NCBI GenBank assembly: GCA_965612865.1
Contig: CBFDTJ010000029.1
Coordinates: 1-16,860, forward strand
Source: an uncultured bacterium
Lineage (GTDB): Bacteria; Caldisericota; Caldisericia; B22-G15
Direction: 5' to 3'
Length of the DNA: 16,860 bases
How positions within the stretch are numbered: position 1 is the first letter of the stretch; every line of letters begins with the position of its first letter. Both the position numbers and the translations under genes were made by a program. Below are positions 6,715 through 15,138 of this stretch, piece after piece. The notes beneath the pieces were generated by a model. The model made no database searches. It was not told the DNA's origin and worked only from the letters and a program-made list of their open reading frames with translations.

Positions 6715-8789
6715 AAACATTAGAACCCTCTAAAATTAGAAATGTTTCTTTTGTATCTCACAGTGGAGCTGGAAAAACAAGTCTTGTTGAATCTATGCTT
6801 TTTGTTTCAAAGACGATAGATAAAAAGGGAAGCACTGATAAGGGAAATACCGTATCTGATTTTGAGCCAGAGGAGGTGAAAAGACACATAAGTATCTCTA
6901 CATCACTGATTCCCATATTCTGGAAAGATTACAAGATAAATATCCTTGACACCCCTGGATTCCTTGAATTTTTTGCAGAGGTTAGGGGTGCTTTAAGGGT
7001 TTCAGAAGGTGCTGTCGTTCTTGTAGATGCCTCTTCAGGTGTTGAAGTTGGAACTGAAAGGGTCTGGGAATTTGTAAAAGAGGAAGAAATTCCTGCATGT
7101 TTTGTTGTAAGCAGAATGGATAGAGAGAATGCAAATTTTGAAAAAGCACTTTCCAGTATTAGAGATTTCTTTGGTTCAGACGTCGTCCCCCTTATCCTTC
7201 CCATTGGTCAGGGGCAGAACTTTAAAGGTTTTATAAATCTTCTCACAGGAGAGGCAAAGATATTTGAAGGTGGAAATGTAAAAGAAGTTGATGTTCCTGA
7301 TTCTGAGAAGGAAAAATTTGACATGTACAGGAATGAACTTGTGGAGAAAGTAGCAGAGAACGACGAGGAACTATTAGATAAATACCTGAATGAAGGAGAC
7401 CTTTCTCCTGAGGATATAAAGAAGGGCCTTAAAGAAGGAATAAAAAATAAGGTGATATTCCCTGTCCTTGTTTCTTCCTCTGTATCTGATATGGGAACAG
7501 AAGAGATTCTTGATTTTATTATAGATGAGTTTCCTCCACCATACCTTGATGAGAAGCGCTACGGTAAAAAGCCCAATTCAGAAGAGGTTGTTGTTGACAG
7601 TATTGATCCAGAAAAACCATTCTCCGGTCTTGTGTTCAAGACATTCACTGATCCCTTTGTGGGAAGGATTAACTTTGTAAAGGTTTACACTGGAAAACTG
7701 ACAAGTGACATGAAGGTCCTTAACATAGATAAAGATAAAGAAGAAAGAGTTTCAAACCTCTTCTTCATAAGGGGAAAGAATCAGGAGAAGACAGATAAGA
7801 TTCTCGCAGGAGATATGGGAGTTATTGCGAAACTCAACCATACCCTTACAGGAGATACTCTTTGCGATTCTAACTTTAAGGTGAAGTATGACTGGCTGAA
7901 GTATCCTGAGCCAGTTCTTTCATATGCAGTGGAACCAAAGAGAAAAGAAGACGAGGACAGGTTGAGCACGGCCATATTCAGGCTTACCGCTGATGATCCC
8001 ACATTTATTGTTGAAAGAAACGATGTAACAAAACAGCTTCTCATAAAAGGTATGGGAGCAACGCACCTTCAGGTGATGGTGGAGAAGCTTGCAAGGAAAT
8101 TTGGAGTGGAAGTTACTTTAGGTAAGCCAGAGATTGCATATAAAGAGACAATAAAGGGAACTGCCAAGGCAGAAGGGAAATATAAGAAACAAACCGGTGG
8201 TCATGGTCAGTATGGTCATTGTTTCATTGAAATAAGCCCTCTTGAGAGAGGAAAAGAGTTTGAGTTTGTGGATAAGATATTTGGAGGAGCAATTCCAAAG
8301 CAGTACATTCCAGCTGTTGAAAAAGGAATTAAGGAAACAATGAAGGAAGGAATACTTGCCGGTTATCCTGTCGTGGATGTTAAAGTTGTTCTCTATGATG
8401 GTTCATACCATCCTGTAGATTCATCTGAACTTGCCTTTAAAATTGCCGCCTCAATGGCCTTCAAAAAGGCAATGGCAGAGGCAAAGCCAGTTCTTCTTGA
8501 ACCGGTTCTTGAGGTTGAGATAAGAGTTCCAGAATCTTTCCTTGGAGATATAATCTCAGATCTCAACACAAGAAGAGGAAAGATACTCGGCATGGATTCA
8601 GAGAAGGGAATATCAATAATAAGAGCCCTCGTTCCTGAGGCTGAGATGCTTACCTATGGATTGGATCTTGCATCTTTAACTCAGGGAAGAGGATATTTCA
8701 CAGCAAGATTTGCAAAGTATGAAGAAGTGCCAGCAAGAATTGCAGAAGAGATAATAAAGAGAAAAAAGAGCGAAGAGGGTAAGGAATAA
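6711..8789 (+). CDS. fusA2: Elongation factor G paralogue (EF-G2/EFG II type), 692 aa
   Basis: Full five-domain EF-G layout: SHSGAGKTS (G1), DTPG (G3), FKT..DPFVG, GMGATHL, IAYKETI, KKQTGGHGQYGH, DGSYHPVDSS, LLEPV, RRGKILG, SLTQGRG. G-motifs deviate from canonical EF-G1 in the manner of EF-G2. ATGA overlap with the rpoB stop. Confidence 0.92.
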   Translation: MKTLEPSKIRNVSFVSHSGAGKTSLVESMLFVSKTIDKKGSTDKGNTVSDFEPEEVKRHISISTSLIPIFWKDYKINILDTPGFLEFFAEVRGALRVSEGAVVLVDASSGVEVGTERVWEFVKEEEIPACFVVSRMDRENANFEKALSSIRDFFGSDVVPLILPIGQGQNFKGFINLLTGEAKIFEGGNVKEVDVPDSEKEKFDMYRNELVEKVAENDEELLDKYLNEGDLSPEDIKKGLKEGIKNKVIFPVLVSSSVSDMGTEEILDFIIDEFPPPYLDEKRYGKKPNSEEVVVDSIDPEKPFSGLVFKTFTDPFVGRINFVKVYTGKLTSDMKVLNIDKDKEERVSNLFFIRGKNQEKTDKILAGDMGVIAKLNHTLTGDTLCDSNFKVKYDWLKYPEPVLSYAVEPKRKEDEDRLSTAIFRLTADDPTFIVERNDVTKQLLIKGMGATHLQVMVEKLARKFGVEVTLGKPEIAYKETIKGTAKAEGKYKKQTGGHGQYGHCFIEISPLERGKEFEFVDKIFGGAIPKQYIPAVEKGIKETMKEGILAGYPVVDVKVVLYDGSYHPVDSSELAFKIAASMAFKKAMAEAKPVLLEPVLEVEIRVPESFLGDIISDLNTRRGKILGMDSEKGISIIRALVPEAEMLTYGLDLASLTQGRGYFTARFAKYEEVPARIAEEIIKRKKSEEGKE

Positions 8790-8803
8790 CAGGAGGTGAG
8801 CTT

Positions 8804-11800
8804 TTGACTGAAAAAAAGTTTCAGGCAATTCAGATCTCTCTTGCCTCTCCAGATGAGATTCTTTCGTGGTCTCATGGAGAGGTAAAGAAGGCTGAAACCA
8901 TAAATTATAGGAATTTTAAGCCAGAAATGGATGGTCTCTTCTGCGAGAGAATTTTTGGACCTGTAAGAGATTATGAATGCCATTGTGGAAAATTAAAAGG
9001 AATTAGATATAGAGGACTTGTATGTGAAAGATGTGGAGTTGAGGTTACCTCCTCAAAGGTTAGAAGAGAGAGATTTGGTCACATAAATCTTGCTGCTCCT
9101 GTTGTACATATATGGTACTTCAGGGCAACAAGCATAATACCTATCCTTCTTGATTTATCAAAAACTGATGTTGAAAAAATTGTTTACTATGCATCCTATG
9201 TGGTCATAGATAAAGGAAACTCTCCGCTTAAAGACAAGCAGGTAATTTCAGAGGAGGAGTATAGAGAGTACAGGGAGTCAGGATACGATTTTGTAGCAAA
9301 GAGAGGAGCAGAGGCAATTCTTGATTTACTTAAAGGGCTTGACCTTCCAAAGTTAAGAGATGAACTCTTAAAAGAAATTAGAGATTCCAGCTCAAAACAG
9401 AAAAAGCTCCATGCGATGAAGAGACTTGACTATGTTGAAGCATTCATAAATTCAGGAAACAAACCAGAATACATGGTTCTTACAGTTTTACCTGTTATTC
9501 CGCCAGATTTAAGACCGCTCCTTCCCCTTGAAGGAGGAAGATTTGCTTCAGTGGATTTGAATGATCTCTACAGAAGAGTTATCAATAGAAACAACAGGTT
9601 GAAAAAGCTTATAGCAGTAAATGCACCAGACATAATGCTACAGAATGAAAAGAGGATGCTTCAGGAAGCGGTGGATGCGCTGCTTGACAATTCCCACAAA
9701 ACTCATCCAATTATTGGCTCTCACAACAGACCTCTTCGTTCTCTATCAGATATCTTAAGAGGAAAACAGGGAAGATTCAGACAGAACCTTCTTGGAAAGA
9801 GAGTGGATTATTCAGGAAGAAGTGTTATAGTTGTCGGACCAAATTTAAAACTTGATGAATGTGGTGTTCCAAAAAGTATGGCTCTTGAACTCTTTAAGCC
9901 TTTCCTCATGCACGACCTTGAGGAAAGGGGAATTGCAGTAAACTTAAGAAATGCAAAATGGATGATAGAGAGAGCGGTAAAGGAACCTGATAGCAATGTG
10001 TGGAAGGTTCTTGCAGATACAGTTAAAGATTATGTGGTTCTATTGAACAGAGCACCAACCCTTCACAGAATGAGTATACAGGCTTTCAAACCGGTTCTTG
10101 TTGATGGAGAGGCAATTCAGATTTCTCCTCTTGTCTGTCCTCCATTCAACGCAGATTTTGATGGAGACCAGATGGCAATACACCTTCCTCTCTCCATTGC
10201 CGCACAGACTGAATCAAAATATCTTATGCTTTCAAAATATAACACAGTATCCCCAGCACACGGAAGACCCATTACACTTCCTGTACAGGATGTAGTTGCT
10301 GGATGCTATTACATAACACTCATAAAACACGGAGCAAAGGGGGAGGGTCTTAAGTTCTATACTGTTGATGATTTGAGGGCAGCAATTGAAGAAAAGAAAG
10401 TGGAGCTCAATTCAAAGATAGATTTTTACTGGAATGGAGAATGGATAAAGGATACAACAGTGGGCAGAGTGCTGTTTAATGAGCTCATTCAATCTGTATT
10501 AAAGGATCCAACATTCCCATTCTTTAATAAACTTATTGACCAGAAGAGTATAAATGAACTCTTCACCATGGTGTTTAAGAGATATGGTTTTGAAAAAACT
10601 GCAGAATTGCTTGACGAGGTCCAGAAACTTGGTTTTGAAATGGTTACCCTTTCAGGCCTAACCATAGGCATGGACGACATGATAATTCCAAAGAGGAGAA
10701 GAGAGATTCTAAGAAAGGCAGAGGATAGGGAAAGAAAGATTAAGAAGTTCTATGAAGAAGGGCTTCTCTCTGAAGAAGAAAGATACAAGAAAACCATAGA
10801 AGTCTGGCTTAAAGCTGTTGAGGAATTGAAGCAGGAGATATTTGTAACATACGATCCATTCAACTTCCTGTTCCTTATGGCAGCATCTGGAGCAAGAGGA
10901 AAACCAGAGCAGATACTTCAAATGGTTGGAATAAGAGGACTTATGTCAGATCCATCTGGAAGAATTATAGAATTCCCCATAAAGTCAAATCTTAAAGAGG
11001 GACTTTCAGTTCTTGAATACTTCATTTCAACTCATGGAGCAAGAAAAGGTCTTGCAGACACTGCGCTTAAAACCTCAGATGCTGGTTATCTTACAAGAAG
11101 ACTTGCAGATGTTTCCCATAAGGTAGTTGTAAAATACGAAGATTGCAGCGAGATATCTGTAAGACCACTTAAAATAGAGAATAAGATTATTAAGTCTTTG
11201 TACAGGCAGATAGTTGGAAAGATTGCAGCAAGAGATGTGGTTGATCCAAAGACCGGAGATATTATTGTAAAGAAGGATCAGGAAATAACAAAGGAACTTG
11301 CAAAGGAGATAGAGGAGAAGGAGATTGAAGAAGTATGGGTGAGAAACTTCCCAGAAGGAGTCTATGTAGAGGAAATCAGGGAAGGTCAGAGAGTCATTGA
11401 GACACTTGAAGAGAGAATTCTTGGTAGATACGCCGCAGAGGATATTTATACTCCATCAGAGAAAGAGATAATATTTAATGTTGGTGATGAAATCCCGGAG
11501 GGAGCATGGCTCTCACAGGACATATTTGATAAAGACGAGAGACTCCTTTTTAAAGAGGGAGAATTTATAACTGTAGAGCTTGTTAAGAAGGTTAAGGAGA
11601 ATGGAATAGCCGAATTTCCCATAAAGATTCCTGTGGAATCTGAGCTTATTCTCAAAGAGGGAGAAGAGATAGACGAAGAGGCAGTGGAGAAGATAAAGAA
11701 AGCAGGAATAAAGAGAGTAAAGATAAGATCAGTTTTCACATGTAAAGCACCAAATGGAGTTTGCGCAAAGTGTTATGGCAGAGATCTATCTACAGGGAAA

Positions 11801-12859
11801 CTTGTAAATGTGGGAGAGTCAGTAGGAATTGTAGCTGCTCAATCCATAGGAGAGCCAGGAACCCAGTTAACTTTAAGAACCTTCCATACAGGAGGAGTTG
11901 CAGCAAAGGATATAACCACAGGTTTGCCAAGAGTTGAAGAGCTCTTTGAAGTGAGAAAACCAAAAGGTGGAGCCATAATATCAGAAGTTACAGGTTATGT
12001 AAGGATAAAAGATGAAGAGGATTCAAGAAAGATAATAGTTACTCCAAGATCAAAGACAAAGGCTCTTGAGCTTTACTCTACATTGATAGATGCCCTTGAG
12101 AAGCTTGTAAATATTAACGCAAAAACTACGATATACGATGCTGATCTTGACGAAGAAGTGATAGAGGCACTTAAGGAAGTAAAATTGGAAAAAGTTCAGG
12201 ATATTTTATCCCTTGATAAAGAAACCATTGTCTTAAAATTAATGGGCAAAGAAACAACTTACTCTGTTGCATACGGTAAGAGTTTAAGAGTTAAAGATGG
12301 AGATTTTGTAATGGCAGGAGATAGATTGACTGAAGGACCTCTTGATCCACATAAGCTCTTCCAGGTAAAGGGAATTAGAGATACAGAGCAGTATCTACTT
12401 CAGGAAATTCAGAAGGTTTATAAGGGACAGGGCGTAAATATAAACGACAAGCACATAGAGATAATACTTAGAGAGTTAACGAGAAAAGCAGTGATAATTG
12501 AGCCAGGAGAAACGAAGTTCTATCCAGGTCAGGAAGTTGAAAGAACAGAGGTTGAAGAAGAGAACAGAGTTGTTAGAGCTGAAGGTAAGAAACCTGCAAC
12601 TTATAAAGTGCTTCTATTGAGACTTACCAAGGCAGCACTTTCATCTGATTCATTCCTTTCTGCTTCATCGTTCCAGGAGACAACAAAGGTTCTTGCAGAG
12701 GCAGCCATTGCTGGAAAGACTGATACACTGGAAGGTCTTAAAGAGGCAGTAATTGTTGGAAGCTTAATCCCTGCAGGAACAGGCTTTTCAGATTATGACA
12801 ATGTAAGGGTTAACGAGAAGAAAAAGAAGGAAGAAAAAGAGGAGATGGAGAGCGTGTAA
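8804..12859 (+). CDS. rpoC: DNA-directed RNA polymerase subunit beta', 1351 aa (TTG start)
   Basis: GLFCERIFGP and zinc-finger cysteines, GKQGRFRQNLLGKRVDYSGR, catalytic NADFDGD, HGARKGLADTALKT bridge helix, GEPGTQLTLRTFH trigger loop, IPAGTG; SD AGGAGGTG at 8791-8798. Confidence 0.99.
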   Translation: MTEKKFQAIQISLASPDEILSWSHGEVKKAETINYRNFKPEMDGLFCERIFGPVRDYECHCGKLKGIRYRGLVCERCGVEVTSSKVRRERFGHINLAAPVVHIWYFRATSIIPILLDLSKTDVEKIVYYASYVVIDKGNSPLKDKQVISEEEYREYRESGYDFVAKRGAEAILDLLKGLDLPKLRDELLKEIRDSSSKQKKLHAMKRLDYVEAFINSGNKPEYMVLTVLPVIPPDLRPLLPLEGGRFASVDLNDLYRRVINRNNRLKKLIAVNAPDIMLQNEKRMLQEAVDALLDNSHKTHPIIGSHNRPLRSLSDILRGKQGRFRQNLLGKRVDYSGRSVIVVGPNLKLDECGVPKSMALELFKPFLMHDLEERGIAVNLRNAKWMIERAVKEPDSNVWKVLADTVKDYVVLLNRAPTLHRMSIQAFKPVLVDGEAIQISPLVCPPFNADFDGDQMAIHLPLSIAAQTESKYLMLSKYNTVSPAHGRPITLPVQDVVAGCYYITLIKHGAKGEGLKFYTVDDLRAAIEEKKVELNSKIDFYWNGEWIKDTTVGRVLFNELIQSVLKDPTFPFFNKLIDQKSINELFTMVFKRYGFEKTAELLDEVQKLGFEMVTLSGLTIGMDDMIIPKRRREILRKAEDRERKIKKFYEEGLLSEEERYKKTIEVWLKAVEELKQEIFVTYDPFNFLFLMAASGARGKPEQILQMVGIRGLMSDPSGRIIEFPIKSNLKEGLSVLEYFISTHGARKGLADTALKTSDAGYLTRRLADVSHKVVVKYEDCSEISVRPLKIENKIIKSLYRQIVGKIAARDVVDPKTGDIIVKKDQEITKELAKEIEEKEIEEVWVRNFPEGVYVEEIREGQRVIETLEERILGRYAAEDIYTPSEKEIIFNVGDEIPEGAWLSQDIFDKDERLLFKEGEFITVELVKKVKENGIAEFPIKIPVESELILKEGEEIDEEAVEKIKKAGIKRVKIRSVFTCKAPNGVCAKCYGRDLSTGKLVNVGESVGIVAAQSIGEPGTQLTLRTFHTGGVAAKDITTGLPRVEELFEVRKPKGGAIISEVTGYVRIKDEEDSRKIIVTPRSKTKALELYSTLIDALEKLVNINAKTTIYDADLDEEVIEALKEVKLEKVQDILSLDKETIVLKLMGKETTYSVAYGKSLRVKDGDFVMAGDRLTEGPLDPHKLFQVKGIRDTEQYLLQEIQKVYKGQGVNINDKHIEIILRELTRKAVIIEPGETKFYPGQEVERTEVEEENRVVRAEGKKPATYKVLLLRLTKAALSSDSFLSASSFQETTKVLAEAAIAGKTDTLEGLKEAVIVGSLIPAGTGFSDYDNVRVNEKKKKEEKEEMESV

Positions 12860-12877
12860 TACGCTCTCCTTTCTTTT
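12847..12877 (+). terminator. Intrinsic terminator at the end of rpoC
   Basis: Stem GGAGAGCGTG / TACGCTCTCC with loop TAA (the rpoC stop codon), followed by TTTCTTTT. Confidence 0.8.
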
Positions 12878-12879
12878 AT

Positions 12880-13554
12880 ATGAAGGGAACAATCGTAAAC
12901 ATTATTACAGTTCTTGTGGGAGGCGGGTTCGGCCTGTTCATTGGTAATAAACTTCCAGACAGAATTAAAAAAATTGCCATGGAGGGAGTTGGTCTCTCAT
13001 CACTTGCTCTTGGATTTATGCTTGCATTAAAAACTGACAACATAATTATTATGGTATTTTCTGTGATTCTTGGAGCAGTTGTGGGGGAAATTCTAAAGAT
13101 AGAAGATTTTCTTGAAGGAGTGGGGGAGAAAATAAAAAGAAAGATAGGAAGTGAAGGTTCTTTTACAGAAGGTTTTATCACTGCATCGCTTATATTTTGT
13201 GTGGGATCAATGACCATTGTTGGAGCTATAAATGAAGGTCTCACTGGCGATGCTACACTTCTTTATACAAAATCCATCCTTGATGGGATAACTTCAATTG
13301 CCCTTTCCTCCACTCTTGGTATTGGTGTTCTTTTTTCCACAATTTTCATACTTATCTATCAGGGAGGATTAACAATTGGTGCATCTTTGGTGAAGACACT
13401 TCTAACTCCTCACACCGTGAATATGATTACAGGTGTTGGGGGTGTTTTAATAATTGGAATTGGGTTAAACATACTGAGGCTTAAGAAGCTGAAGCTATCA
13501 AATTTTTTACCTGCCCTCGTTTTTGCCTTCATCCTCTCAATATTTTTTAAGTAA
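12880..13554 (+). CDS. DUF554 family (YdfK/YqgA-like) inner membrane protein
   Basis: MxGTIVN start, EGFITASLIFCVGSMTIVGAINEGLTGD, LYTKSILDG, YQG, NFLPAL; multiple hydrophobic helices. Confidence 0.88.
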   Translation: MKGTIVNIITVLVGGGFGLFIGNKLPDRIKKIAMEGVGLSSLALGFMLALKTDNIIIMVFSVILGAVVGEILKIEDFLEGVGEKIKRKIGSEGSFTEGFITASLIFCVGSMTIVGAINEGLTGDATLLYTKSILDGITSIALSSTLGIGVLFSTIFILIYQGGLTIGASLVKTLLTPHTVNMITGVGGVLIIGIGLNILRLKKLKLSNFLPALVFAFILSIFFK

Positions 13555-13629
13555 TTCTCTAGATTCTTTTATTGGTAATAGGCGATAGATCAAAATCTCT
13601 CTTTTACTCCTTATGCTATCTAGTCTTTA

Positions 13630-13658
13630 GTAACAAATTTAATCTGTAGGTGTATAAT
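13630..13658 (+). promoter_or_regulatory. Putative sigma70-type promoter for htrA
   Basis: Perfect TATAAT at 13653-13658 with GTAACA (4/6 match to TTGACA) 17 bp upstream, in the 152-bp intergenic gap; SD AGGAGG follows. Confidence 0.5.
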
Positions 13659-13706
13659 AAGGAATGGAGTTTTTAAATACTCTATTTAGAAAAGGAGGCA
13701 AAAAAG

Positions 13707-14861
13707 ATGAACGGCTTTGAGGAGTATAGACCTTACAAAAGACCAAGTATAGTTTTATGGATTATCATATTTCTAATTGGCGCTTTAGTCGGTGGTGGCG
13801 TAGGCTCTTTTATTACAATGAAATATTTTCCACAGGTGACAGGGAGCTCAAACAATCAGGGTTCTACCACAACACAGGTTATAGATATGACAAAGGTTAT
13901 CAAGCTGGAGGAATCCCAGATAATTGATGTGGCACAGAAGGCAAGTCCCGCGGTTGTAAGAATATCCACTAAACAGCTGGTATCAGATTTCTTTTTCACA
14001 TATGAGGCTCCAGCGCTTGGTTCTGGATTTATAATCTCCAGGGATGGAGATATAGTTACAAACTATCATGTTGTGGAAAATGCAAAAGATATAACTGTAA
14101 CTTTATCAGATGGTAGAGAATTTACAGGCTTTGTCGTTGGGACAGATCCATCTTCAGATGTGGCTCTTCTCAAGATAAAAGCAAAGGATTTACCATATCT
14201 TACCTTTGCCGATTCATCAAAACTCAAGGTCGGTCAAATGGTGGTTGCCATTGGAAATCCATATGGTCTTGATCATACAGTGACATCAGGTGTAGTTTCT
14301 GCTCTTGAGAGAACCCTATCTTTTGAAGATGGAAGAACTCTTGTTGGAGTTATACAGACTGACGCAGCAATAAATCCTGGTAATAGTGGTGGACCACTCC
14401 TTAATATGGCAGGAGAAGTTATAGGAATGAATACTGCCATAAAGAGTGGTGCTCAGGGTATAGGATTTGCTGTCTCCTCCAACACAGTTGTAAAGGTTGT
14501 TTCTGATTTAAACAAGTATGGTAAGGTTGTCTGGCCTTTCCTTGGTATTGGTGGTGTTTCAATGAACGAAGACATTGCCAAAAGGGAGAAGCTTCCTGTG
14601 AGTAAAGGAGTCCTTGTTTTAAAAGTTTATCCAAACACTGCAGCAGCTGAAGCAGGTTTAAAGGAGTTTGATATAATAACAAAATTTGATGGTAAGGAAG
14701 TCACAACGGTTCAGGAACTTACCAAATACATAAGAGAACATAAGGTTGGCGATACAGTTAAAATTGAGATAATCAGAGAGAAGAAGCACATAACATTAGA
14801 TGTCACTCTCAAAGAAAGACCAGAGAGTATTGGAAAGATAGATCAAAGATATTTAATTTAA
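13707..14861 (+). CDS. htrA: HtrA/DegP-family trypsin-like serine protease with N-terminal membrane anchor and one PDZ domain
   Basis: TM segment at about aa 15-37; GSGFII, TNYHVV (His), SDVAL (Asp), IQTDAAINPGNSGGPL (Ser); PDZ FLGI...AAEAGLKEFDII. Confidence 0.93.
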   Translation: MNGFEEYRPYKRPSIVLWIIIFLIGALVGGGVGSFITMKYFPQVTGSSNNQGSTTTQVIDMTKVIKLEESQIIDVAQKASPAVVRISTKQLVSDFFFTYEAPALGSGFIISRDGDIVTNYHVVENAKDITVTLSDGREFTGFVVGTDPSSDVALLKIKAKDLPYLTFADSSKLKVGQMVVAIGNPYGLDHTVTSGVVSALERTLSFEDGRTLVGVIQTDAAINPGNSGGPLLNMAGEVIGMNTAIKSGAQGIGFAVSSNTVVKVVSDLNKYGKVVWPFLGIGGVSMNEDIAKREKLPVSKGVLVLKVYPNTAAAEAGLKEFDIITKFDGKEVTTVQELTKYIREHKVGDTVKIEIIREKKHITLDVTLKERPESIGKIDQRYLI

Positions 14862-14862
14862 G

Positions 14863-15129
14863 TTATACACCCTCTTCAGTAGGAAAAATTCCAACTATAA
14901 GAGATTTATTTATAAGGCCGAAGTCAGCTTTCGCCACCTTCTCGGTCTGCATTGTGCTTTTAATCTCCACATCAGTAACAGGGATAAAGTTGACATCCTT
15001 AAGAAATCTGTTTATTGCATCTGAAAATCTCATGTTTTGAGGAACTGCTACCTTTCCTTTTACCACATAGTTCTGAATTACAATATTTACCTCTATTTTT
15101 CTTACCTTTGGTCCTATAGGAACTGACAT
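14863..15129 (-). CDS. Hypothetical 88-aa protein (possibly DUF6812-like; Sm/Hfq-like beta-strand pattern)
   Basis: Strong SD AGGAGG before the ATG, overlapping the restored bcp stop; fills the gap between bcp and htrA exactly. Family assignment is from recalled pattern only (G.V.VP...RFSD.IN....FIPVTD..I...INK..I). Confidence 0.75.
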   Translation of the reverse strand: MSVPIGPKVRKIEVNIVIQNYVVKGKVAVPQNMRFSDAINRFLKDVNFIPVTDVEIKSTMQTEKVAKADFGLINKSLIVGIFPTEEGV

Positions 15130-15138
15130 ATTAACCTC

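Noticed and set aside
6711..8789. EF-G2 as a TetM/TetO ribosomal protection protein or as the canonical fusA
   Set aside because: Length, G' region and domain IV motifs (QTGGHGQ, GSYHPVDS) are EF-G-like rather than TetM-like, and the G-domain motifs are not those of canonical EF-G1.
6700..8799. GAGGTGA direct repeats flanking the EF-G2 gene as a target-site duplication
   Set aside because: Both copies are Shine-Dalgarno sequences at the expected spacing; no transposase, integrase or terminal inverted repeats.
11851..11930. Trigger-loop variant QLTLRTFH (Met to Leu)
   Set aside because: A known natural variant in several bacterial groups and plastids; not novel.
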